From NCBI GenBank assembly GCA_963769025.1, contig CAVYKI010000005.1, positions 1-22,215 of the forward strand: DNA of 22,215 nucleotides, read 5' to 3'. Shown piece after piece: positions 1 to 7,382 of the stretch; positions within the stretch are counted from its first letter, which is position 1, and every line of letters begins with the position of its first letter. A program made the translations under genes and the position numbers. The DNA comes from an uncultured Verrucomicrobiae bacterium (GTDB lineage Bacteria; Verrucomicrobiota; Verrucomicrobiia; Chthoniobacterales; Chthoniobacteraceae). The notes beneath the pieces are model-generated. The model did no database searches, had not been told where the DNA came from, and saw only the letters and a program-made list of their open reading frames with translations.

Positions 1-1
1 T

Positions 2-2659
2 GTTTGTGCTGATTCTTTGCGCCGCTTCATGCTGCGCTGTTGTCGGCACGGTGGTGAGCGCGAGGGCGCGCAGAGCTGCGATTCGGACTGAAGCGTCCGG
101 GTCAGCGGCCAACGCACCGACGGTCTTTCCATCGTTTTCGTTCGTGATGAAATTCAGCGTGATGCCATTACCCTGTCCGAAGGAGTAGGCTGGCAGCTCG
201 GCGAGATTCAGCGCGCTGCGGCGAACCGCCGGGTCTTTGTCCGCGAGGACCTGAGTCCATTGCAGCATCAGCACATCGGCATCCCGCTGTGCGAGAACCG
301 AAAGTGCGGCGATGCGTGATTCGGCGGGCTTCGAGGTATCGAGCGCGAGCTTGAGCAGTGACTGATAGCCGAAGTTTTTCTCGATGATCTCCGCATATTG
401 CTCCTGTTCGCCTTGCCGCCACATACGGTCGCGCTTGGGTAGCGGGTTTGGACGTTCCATGAGCGATCGCGCCGCATTCATCCGCACCGCCTTGTTCGGA
501 TGCTCCAGCGCAGCGACGAGTTCTTTCACCGAGGCTTTCGACAAATCCGGCACCGCGATCTTCTTCGCGTCCTTGTGGTCCATTTTCCAGATCCGCCCGA
601 AGTAGTGGTCGCGGTCGGGGCGCACGGCGGCGTTGACCTTGTTGTGGTCGGGGCCGCGCGTGTCGTTGTGGATGACGGCCTGGTTGTAAAAGTCCGCGAT
701 GTAGAGCGCGCCGTCCGGGCCGACGCGCGCCTCGATGGGCCGCCACCACATGTCCTTGCTGCGGACGAACTCCGTCTCCTCGCGCCCCGGCAGCTTGTGA
801 AACGTGTAGCTGCTGCCCTGCGGCGTGAGGCGCGCGTGGTGGATGATGTTGATGGTCGGCTCGGTGGTGAAGTAGTCGCCGTTGTATTCCGCGGGCCACG
901 TGCCGCCGTCGTAAATCGCGCAGCCCGCCGCCGCGGTGAAGCTGCCCACCCAGTCGATCTGCACGTAGGCCATCTGCTCCCACGACATGAGCGGGAAGGT
1001 CTTCAGCGACGGCTCGACGACGTTGTAGCTCGGCGTGTTGCCGATTTTTCCGCGCGCGAGCGCATACTCGGGCAGCACGGTCTGCATGAGCAGCGCGCCG
1101 CTCGTGGGCTGCGTCCACATCACGCGGTTGTCGGCGGTGATGGTGAGGCCCCACGTGTTGCCGCCTTTCGAGCTGTATTGTTCAAATGCGGAGCCATCGG
1201 GCCGGAAGCGCACGACGCCGGAGCCGATGCGGCCGAAGTGCTTCGTGCCATCGCCATTCGTCACGTCGCCGGTGCCGCTGTAGCCGTGCGTGGCGTAGAT
1301 CCAGCCGTCCCAGCCCCAGCGCGGGTTGTTGATGACCGCGTGCGTGTCGCCGGTCCCGAGTCCCGTGTAGAGCTTCTCGACCTTGCGCGCCTTCCCGTCT
1401 GGCCCGGCGTCGTGGATGAAAAGAATGTCCGGCGCCTGCGTGACGATCACGCCGTCCTTGTGGAAGACGAAGCCGGTGACGAGTTCGAGGCCCTCGTAGA
1501 AGACCTGCTTCGTGTCCATCACGCCATCGCCCTTGCTCGACGTGAGGATGCTGATTTTGTCCTGCGCCTTGCGCTCCTGGATGCCGGGCGTCGGATCGAT
1601 GCCGCCGTGGTCCTTCCACTCCTTGCCACGGTAATCGGGCCGCATCCCGCGCCGCCCATTCGGATACTCCGGCGTCTCCGCGACCCACAGCCGGCCCGCG
1701 GGATCCCAATCAAAATTCATCGGCTTCGTGATGAGCGGCTCCGCGGTGACGAGCTTCATCGTGAAATCTGGATGCACCTCCAGATTCGCGAGCGTCTGCT
1801 CCGGCTTCTGCGGCCCGCCCTCGGGATACGTGAGCGAGGAGATTTCCTCCGGCTTGCAAAACTCATCCACATTCGCGCGCTTCCCCGCCCAAGCGATCCC
1901 GCGCAGCAGGAGCGCGCGGAAATTTGGCCGCTCAAACGTGCTCCACAGATGCCCCGGGATGCTCACGAAGGCGCGATATGGCTGCGTGCCGCCTTCCGCC
2001 GTGCGCTCGTAAACCCACATCTGCGGCTGGATGTCGTAGATGTTCACCTTCCCGCCCGCCGCGGGCTTTTTCCCCTCCTTCACGTTCGGCGTGTAGCTCG
2101 ATGCGAGTACGCGCACGTCCGGCGAGATGTCCATGTCGTAGTAAATCTCGTCGTCGAAATGGAAGTTCGACGCGCCCTTCGTGATCGGATGTCCGCCATC
2201 GAGCCGCTGGTTTTCCGTGAAGTAGAGATCCATCGGCCCTTCCTTCCACTTCGTCTGCCCCGCGACCCACGAGCCGCCGATGATGGATTTCCAATACGGC
2301 GACATGTCCGGCTTGTTCGCGACCGAAGCCGTGTGAATCACCACGATCCCGCCGCCGCGCTTGATGAACTTCTCCAGCCGCGGCCGCTGCTCGGGCAAAA
2401 TGTTCCCGCCATCCTGCGCATACATCACCATCACGTCTGTCTGATCGAGCTGCTCCTCGGTGGGAAATTCCAGCGCCCCGTCCACCTTCATCCCGCGCTC
2501 CGTCAGCAGCGGCTTCCATTTTTCCAAAAAGCGCGCGTGCTCATGCTGCTCCGGCCCATGCGATTTTTTCCCGCCGCGGATGAAGACTCGCAGCGGCTCT
2601 GCGGCTTGCGCGCTCGCGATGGACAGGACGACGGCGAGGAGTGTGAGGATGCGTTTCAT
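2..2659 (-). CDS. Large secreted multidomain protein: ThuA-like domain + PVC-type putative membrane-bound dehydrogenase (beta-propeller) domain + HEAT repeats; partial, continues past the window start
   Basis: Manual translation from ATG at 2659: signal peptide MKRILTLLAVVLSIASAQAA, ThuA-like LRVFIRGGKKSHGPEQHEH...GGGIVVIH...HPITKG...DEIYY...SIPGH, then EPLITKPMNFDWDPAGRLWVAE, DTHAVINNPRWGWDGWIY, RPIEARVGPDGALYIADFYN...DRDHYFGRIW, then HEAT-like LEHPNKAVRMNAAR, LADKDPAVRRSA, ADPDASVRIAAL. The frame stays open to base 2, which explains its absence from the ORF track. The C-terminal CxxCH expected in this family is not within the window. Confidence 0.9.
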   Translation of the reverse strand, partial: MKRILTLLAVVLSIASAQAAEPLRVFIRGGKKSHGPEQHEHARFLEKWKPLLTERGMKVDGALEFPTEEQLDQTDVMVMYAQDGGNILPEQRPRLEKFIKRGGGIVVIHTASVANKPDMSPYWKSIIGGSWVAGQTKWKEGPMDLYFTENQRLDGGHPITKGASNFHFDDEIYYDMDISPDVRVLASSYTPNVKEGKKPAAGGKVNIYDIQPQMWVYERTAEGGTQPYRAFVSIPGHLWSTFERPNFRALLLRGIAWAGKRANVDEFCKPEEISSLTYPEGGPQKPEQTLANLEVHPDFTMKLVTAEPLITKPMNFDWDPAGRLWVAETPEYPNGRRGMRPDYRGKEWKDHGGIDPTPGIQERKAQDKISILTSSKGDGVMDTKQVFYEGLELVTGFVFHKDGVIVTQAPDILFIHDAGPDGKARKVEKLYTGLGTGDTHAVINNPRWGWDGWIYATHGYSGTGDVTNGDGTKHFGRIGSGVVRFRPDGSAFEQYSSKGGNTWGLTITADNRVMWTQPTSGALLMQTVLPEYALARGKIGNTPSYNVVEPSLKTFPLMSWEQMAYVQIDWVGSFTAAAGCAIYDGGTWPAEYNGDYFTTEPTINIIHHARLTPQGSSYTFHKLPGREETEFVRSKDMWWRPIEARVGPDGALYIADFYNQAVIHNDTRGPDHNKVNAAVRPDRDHYFGRIWKMDHKDAKKIAVPDLSKASVKELVAALEHPNKAVRMNAARSLMERPNPLPKRDRMWRQGEQEQYAEIIEKNFGYQSLLKLALDTSKPAESRIAALSVLAQRDADVLMLQWTQVLADKDPAVRRSALNLAELPAYSFGQGNGITLNFITNENDGKTVGALAADPDASVRIAALRALALTTVPTTAQHEAAQRISTN

Positions 2660-2765
2660 GGCGGTGCGTGTGGTGATTGGGGAGATGCCCGCGGTGCTGG
2701 CAGGGCGATCGCCCGCGAGCATCCCAGCGCGTCCGTCCAAATGCCATTCAGAATTGGCACGCGCG

Positions 2766-2969
2766 CTATGGACCCTCGGCTCCCGCCGGTGCGGCGCGGC
2801 TGCCCTGCTTTTCCTTGAGGACGTAGGGCGGCTTCGCCCAGCCGTGCGGCGCGGGCGTGGGTTGACCGGCGACCGGCAGCGGGAGGCGGGTGCGGCAGTG
2901 ATGCACCAGCGCGCCGACGAGCAGCGCGGTGAGGATGAAGACGACGAGTTTGATTTCGTCGCGCGTCAT
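2766..2969 (-). CDS. Small (67 aa) membrane-anchored hypothetical protein
   Basis: MTRDEIKLVVFILTALLVGALVHHCR...: single N-terminal hydrophobic helix plus Pro-rich tail. Its ATG (2969-2967) overlaps the KTSC TGA (ATGA overlap), indicating translational coupling. It is the 3' part of track ORF 2766..3293. Confidence 0.7.
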   Translation of the reverse strand: MTRDEIKLVVFILTALLVGALVHHCRTRLPLPVAGQPTPAPHGWAKPPYVLKEKQGSRAAPAGAEGP

Positions 2970-3304
2970 TTCTTGAGGGCGGGGGCTTTCACGCGCTCGC
3001 AGCGGAATTTGTCGCGGATGGCGGAGCCGAAAAAATGTCCCTTCGACCCGGCGGCGAGCAGGCGCCGGTGGATTTCCTCCGGCACGTCGAGGTAGCGGTA
3101 AATGGCGCCGGAGTGAAATTCGATCTCCAGCAGCCGTTTTGCCGGATGATAGCCGACCGATGCGAGGACGGTGGATTGAACAGGCTGCCGTTCGATTTCG
3201 CCAGCCTCCGCGTGGAGCTGCAGCGCGAGCAGCGTGACGAAGATGACCCGGATAATCCGGCCGACTCCGTCGTTCACTCCGCGAAAGCGCCACACGCTGT
3301 TCAT
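2966..3304 (-). CDS. KTSC domain protein with N-terminal hydrophobic signal-like segment
   Basis: ERQPVQSTVLASVGYHPAKRLLEIEFHSGAIYRYLDVPEEIHRRLLAAGSKGHFFGSAIRDKF matches the KTSC pattern (VxSS..I..VGYD...LEIEF..G..Y.Y..VP...Y..L..A.SKG.FF...IR..F). GGAGG Shine-Dalgarno about 10 nt upstream of ATG 3304. Confidence 0.88.
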   Translation of the reverse strand: MNSVWRFRGVNDGVGRIIRVIFVTLLALQLHAEAGEIERQPVQSTVLASVGYHPAKRLLEIEFHSGAIYRYLDVPEEIHRRLLAAGSKGHFFGSAIRDKFRCERVKAPALKK

Positions 3305-3348
3305 GACTCCGATTCCTCCCGGGTGGCGCGCCCGACCGCGCCCGGATG

Positions 3349-3780
3349 CTAGTTGTTCGTCCAGTTCCCGATGTCGTCCTCGGTGCCGGGCTTCCCGTCG
3401 GGGCCCGCGCTGTACACGTCGAAGCTGTTCACGTTATGCTTTCCCGGCGAGTCGTAGAAATACTCCCTGCCCCACGGGTCGAGTTCGATCTTGTCTTCGC
3501 GCTGGCTCCATTTGCGAGGGATGGGTTCCGTGGTCGGCCTGACGACGAGCGCCGCGAGGCCCTGCTGCGAGGTAGGCGGCCTGCCGTTGGTGGCTTCGTA
3601 GAGCGCGAGATTGCCGGAGAGCTTGTTGATGTACATTTCCGCAGTTCCCCGCTTCGAGTCGTTCATCGCCGTCCGCACATTCGGGAGCAGCACGGCCATC
3701 AGCGCGATGACGATGATGATCACGAGCAGGATTTCGATGAGGGTGAAGCCGGCGCTGGAATTTCGTGGGAGGCGTTTCAT
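3349..3780 (-). CDS. gspG: Type II secretion major pseudopilin GspG family protein
   Basis: Prepilin cleavage/N-methylation motif AG|FTLIEILLV with Glu at +5, PTSQQGLAALV, DPWGREYFY..PG, and C-terminal DVYSAGPDGKPGTEDDIGNW. ATG at 3780 overlaps the upstream TGA (ATGA). Confidence 0.93.
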   Translation of the reverse strand: MKRLPRNSSAGFTLIEILLVIIIVIALMAVLLPNVRTAMNDSKRGTAEMYINKLSGNLALYEATNGRPPTSQQGLAALVVRPTTEPIPRKWSQREDKIELDPWGREYFYDSPGKHNVNSFDVYSAGPDGKPGTEDDIGNWTNN

Positions 3781-4814
3781 TGGCGGGCAGGGGTGAGGAT
3801 GTAGTCGAAATGTTTCCAATTATGCTTCAGTTGCAACTCGACATTGCGGACCGCCACGCTGCCGCCCTCCTCGGCGAGGCCGATGTTCACGCTGTTGAGC
3901 CCGGCGCGCAGGAGGTGGCCGGGGATGACGAACTGGGCGCGCACCCAGCCGGTGTATTGGAAGCGCATCGAGAGCCCGCCATTCCGCGACTCGCCGCGGA
4001 AGCCGGGGTCCGAAAGGTCCGGCCAGTGGACGCTGGCGACTCCGGCGTCGCCTTCGTTGGCCGAGACGACCGGCGGCGCGGCGAGATCCGCATTCAGCAC
4101 TTCAAAGGTGACCACCGCCGTGAGCGGCTGGCCGGCGAGCTGGAATTGCCACTGGGCGGCGCTTTCTCCGCTCGGGGAAAGGCGGACGATGTCGGTGTCC
4201 ACGGTGGCCTTCACGCGGCCGAAGAGCTTTGTGTCCTGCTCGGAGGGCTGGGCCGCGGCGAGATTGCCGAATGGGTCCTGCACTTCCGTCGCGGCCTGGA
4301 AGTCGAGCGTCTGCCGGGTGGTCACGTCCTTCAGCGAGGACGCGAGAACTCCGCGGATGCTGCTGCCGTCGCCGGGCACGTCGATGTCGACATAGTCCGC
4401 GCCCTCGAGCGGGACGACGAGGCTCTCGCTGGTCGGCAGTCCTGCGCCGACGCCGAGCGTTGCCGAACGGAAAAGTTCGCGTCCGCTTTCCGTCCACGCG
4501 GTGACGACGGGCTGCATGCCGGTGATGTCGTCGAAAAGCACGCGCAGCAAAATCTCGCGGTGCAGCGACGGCATGCGGCGGAGGCGGAGGCGGTACACCG
4601 TCATCGGCGGCTCGCCGTCCTTTGCCGCGACGGGTTCATTTTGAAAGGACTCGAACCAGATCGGCAGCGCGGGCTTTGCGGCGCCCGGCTTTGAGAGGAG
4701 ATGCAGATCCAGCCAGACGGAGAAGGGCGTGGGCTGTTCGGCGAGCACCCCGGCTTCCTGCGCGGTGGCCATGGCGGCGGCGCATGCGAGTGCGAGGATG
4801 GGGCGGAGAAACAT
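3777..4814 (-). CDS. Exported hypothetical protein (~345 aa, probably beta-sandwich rich)
   Basis: Signal peptide MFLRPILALACAAAMATAQE from ATG 4814, typical GC-rich codon usage, C-terminal LRAGLNSVNIG...VRNVELQL resembling jelly-roll folds. Coupled to gspG. No family recognised. Confidence 0.8.
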   Translation of the reverse strand: MFLRPILALACAAAMATAQEAGVLAEQPTPFSVWLDLHLLSKPGAAKPALPIWFESFQNEPVAAKDGEPPMTVYRLRLRRMPSLHREILLRVLFDDITGMQPVVTAWTESGRELFRSATLGVGAGLPTSESLVVPLEGADYVDIDVPGDGSSIRGVLASSLKDVTTRQTLDFQAATEVQDPFGNLAAAQPSEQDTKLFGRVKATVDTDIVRLSPSGESAAQWQFQLAGQPLTAVVTFEVLNADLAAPPVVSANEGDAGVASVHWPDLSDPGFRGESRNGGLSMRFQYTGWVRAQFVIPGHLLRAGLNSVNIGLAEEGGSVAVRNVELQLKHNWKHFDYILTPARQ

Positions 4815-4901
4815 GGGGCGGGACGTTACGGCACCGCCATCGATTGGCAAGCCCGGGGGGACGGCGGAGTCAGTTTCCGCGGGCGGAAAAAGGCACGTGG
4901 C

Positions 4902-5309
4902 TCAACTCAGCGGCTCTGCGTGCGCCGCGCGATCCAGCGCGAGGCCGAGGTCCTGCCGGGAGTAGGGCTTCGTCACCACGTCGAGCACGCCGAGCTGCGT
5001 GGCCGCGGAGGCGGATTCGCCGGGCCGCCGGCATTCTGCCAGTCCATATATTCGATGATCGGCGAAATGGCCGGCACCTGTTCCTGGAAAACGCGGAGCA
5101 TTCCCCCGACCTGAGTGACCGCCCACGGCTCGCTCGGGTTGCGCGTGAAGAGGATCAGGATGTCGTTCCGCGAAGCATCCGCCCTTTTGTGGACGGTCGC
5201 AGCCGGCCCCGTAGGGCGGGAGCGAACTGCGGCTTCCAGAGGAAGAGCGGCGATAAGTTGTGAGGGACAGCGCAAGCGTGCGGCGGAAAACGCTGCGAAG
5301 CGCCCGCAT
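4902..5309 (-). pseudogene. Remnant of a hybrid sensor histidine kinase: signal peptide and start of periplasmic sensor domain joined out of frame to the C-terminal end of a receiver domain
   Basis: Frame A gives MRALRSVFRRTLALSLT; after an extra A near 5258, frame B gives LIAALPLEAA...ILILFTRNPSEPWAVTQVGGMLRVFQEQVPAISPIIEYMDWQ (EYMD-type sensor N-terminus); after ~5015-5030, frame A gives ATQLGVLDVVTKPYSRQDLGLALDRAA* (receiver beta5/alpha5 with the KP motif). Confidence 0.6.
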
Positions 5310-5564
5310 TTGGGGTTCCAAGTGGACTCAAGGGGGAATGCGAATTCTGGGTTACGGGGGCTGACATCGGTTCCGTAGCTTCAGGGTTCTCGCAGATGTC
5401 CTCGTTTGGGAACCGCTGCGGTCGCGGCGGATGAAAGCGACCGTGCATGGCGATTGCCGCGCCCCAAGGGCCGGACGAGGACCGGCGCCGGATTGCGGTC
5501 AAATGCGGACATTCCCGGGTTTTCGCTCGACTCGGAATGCAGGATGCGGGCATCAGTCTTGGCG

Positions 5565-6074
5565 ATGAAATCCTTCCGCATTCTCGTTTCATTTTCCGCG
5601 CTGGCGCTCGCCGCCTGCTCCACCACCAGGAACCGTGGAGGCGGCGGCGGTGAGGAGGGCGACCACGTCTCGGGCACCGCGCTCGGGACTGCGTTGCCGG
5701 ATCGCACCGAGGGTGCGTCATTTCTCGGGTCCAATGTGGATCGCTCGCGATTCTCGCCGGTGCATTTTGGGTTCGACAGCTCGGCCATCGGCGCGGGCGA
5801 GCGCCACAAGCTCCAGGCCGTCGCGGATTTTTGCCGCAGCGAACACAACAGCATCATCATCGCCGGCTTCACCGACGAGCGCGGCACGCCGGAATACAAC
5901 CGCGGCCTCGGCGAACGGCGCGCGCTGACGGTCCGCGAGGAATTGATCCGCATGGGCGTGTCGGGCGGGAGGCTGCAGACCGTGAGCTTCGGAGCGGAAC
6001 TCCCCGCCGACGCCGGCTCGAACGAATCCGCCTGGGCAAAGAATCGCCGCGCCGAATTTGGCGTCGTCCGGTAG
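5565..6074 (+). CDS. pal: Peptidoglycan-associated lipoprotein (OmpA-C family)
   Basis: Lipobox LALAAC after MKSFRILV, VHFGFDSS, GFTDERGTPEYNRGLGERRA, TVSFGAELP, ESAWAKNRRAEF. Confidence 0.9.
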   Translation: MKSFRILVSFSALALAACSTTRNRGGGGGEEGDHVSGTALGTALPDRTEGASFLGSNVDRSRFSPVHFGFDSSAIGAGERHKLQAVADFCRSEHNSIIIAGFTDERGTPEYNRGLGERRALTVREELIRMGVSGGRLQTVSFGAELPADAGSNESAWAKNRRAEFGVVR

Positions 6075-6104
6075 GGCGCGCGCGCCGGGCGCGCCCATTA
6101 TTTT
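6074..6104 (+). terminator. Probable intrinsic terminator after pal (possibly bidirectional, between convergent genes)
   Basis: Stem GGGCGCGC (6074-6081)/GCGCGCCC (6089-6096) followed by ATTATTTT. Confidence 0.5.
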
Positions 6105-6145
6105 CGTCCGGTCTCCGAGGTCGCTTCCGGCAAAAGCACCCCGGC

Positions 6146-7195
6146 TTATTTTCCAAACACCCAGCGAAGCCCGCGGACGAGCCGTTCGATGAGGTCATCG
6201 TTGTGATGCCCTGGTGATTCGTAAAACGTGACCGGCGATTTCCGCTCGCGGAGCACCTCGTGGATTTTCCGCGCGCCGATGTTCGCGCCGAATTCGTCGT
6301 GCTCCGCGCCGTCCATGTAAATGCGCTGCGCCGGCGCGAAGGCATCCGGCCGTTTCCTCACGGCCGTGAGCGGATCGACATCCAGCCAGCGCTGCCACGC
6401 CTCGGGGCGGAATTTCCCCTGCCCGTCGTACAGCCATTCGAAGTGGCCCGGCTTGCCGGCGACCGGCGCGTAGTTCGCGCACAGGCCCATCACCATGCGC
6501 GCGACGCCGTCGGAAGCCAGGCGTGCCTTTTGCCCGGCGGTCATCGCATTTTCCAGTTCCGCCTGCGTCACCGCGCGCACCGACGGCTGCGAGACGATGG
6601 GCTTGTGCGTCACTTCAAAATCGCTGTCCGGCGAGAGCGCGACGACCGCGGAAAACTGCGCCTGCCGCGACATCGCGAGCATCAGCGCGCCATAGCCGCC
6701 GCTCGAATGCCCGGCGATGATCCGTGGAAACGCAGCCGTCTTCGCGAGCGCGTAGCGGGCCTCGACCGCAGGCGCGATTTCCTGCGCGACGTAATCCGCA
6801 TACTCGCCCGTGGCGCCGGAGTTGAGGTACTGGCTGCCGCCGTAATGCGAGCGCCCATCCACCACGGCGATCCTCACTGCCAGGCCCGCGCGCGCCAGGC
6901 GATCCACCGCAAACGCGAGCCAGCCGCCGCGCCGCGCGATGATGTCCTCCGACGAACCGCCCCAACCTGGCAGATAGATCACCAGCGGCAGCGCGGTATC
7001 GCGCGTCGCCCCGTCCGGAACCAGGACGGCCACGCGGCGCGCAACCGGATCGCCGAGCGGATTGCCCTTCAGCTTCGTGCTGGTGACCTCCATGACTTCG
7101 AGCTGCGCTGCGGAAAGCGGAGCCGTCGTGCAGGCAGCGACAGAGGCGAAAATCAGAAGCAGCGGGGAGCGTCGGGAAAGGTTCACCGCATGCAT
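6146..7195 (-). CDS. Exported alpha/beta-hydrolase, putative esterase (enterochelin-esterase-like)
   Basis: Nucleophile elbow GHSSGGYGA, LKGNPLGDP, YGGSQYLNS..TGEYADYV, late D(GAEHDEF) and GHH catalytic region, N-terminal signal-like segment. Start is ATG 7195 or GTG 7186. Confidence 0.88.
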   Translation of the reverse strand: MHAVNLSRRSPLLLIFASVAACTTAPLSAAQLEVMEVTSTKLKGNPLGDPVARRVAVLVPDGATRDTALPLVIYLPGWGGSSEDIIARRGGWLAFAVDRLARAGLAVRIAVVDGRSHYGGSQYLNSGATGEYADYVAQEIAPAVEARYALAKTAAFPRIIAGHSSGGYGALMLAMSRQAQFSAVVALSPDSDFEVTHKPIVSQPSVRAVTQAELENAMTAGQKARLASDGVARMVMGLCANYAPVAGKPGHFEWLYDGQGKFRPEAWQRWLDVDPLTAVRKRPDAFAPAQRIYMDGAEHDEFGANIGARKIHEVLRERKSPVTFYESPGHHNDDLIERLVRGLRWVFGK

Positions 7196-7382
7196 ATGGC
7201 AGAATCGCTCCGGAAACGGAAAGCGGATCGGCGGAAAGTCCGCGAGGATGCGGCTCGTGGAAAAGCCATCGCGCCCCGCCGGCTGTGCGCGAAAGGTCCT
7301 CGTGGATCGCAGCGCAGGAGCCGCGCTCCACGGCACGCATTAGCGCGAGCGGCGGAGCGTCCGCCGGGCGTCTCAGCGCAGC

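Noticed and set aside
2680..2730. GC-rich hairpins in short spacers (here, 3319-3345 and 7300-7332)
   Set aside because: No U-tract and no clear similarity to each other or to the 15411 REP; cannot be distinguished from background.
500..2818. 772-aa plus-strand ORF
   Set aside because: Codon-aligned antisense shadow of the real minus-strand gene (2..2659); Arg/Val/His-rich with no motifs.
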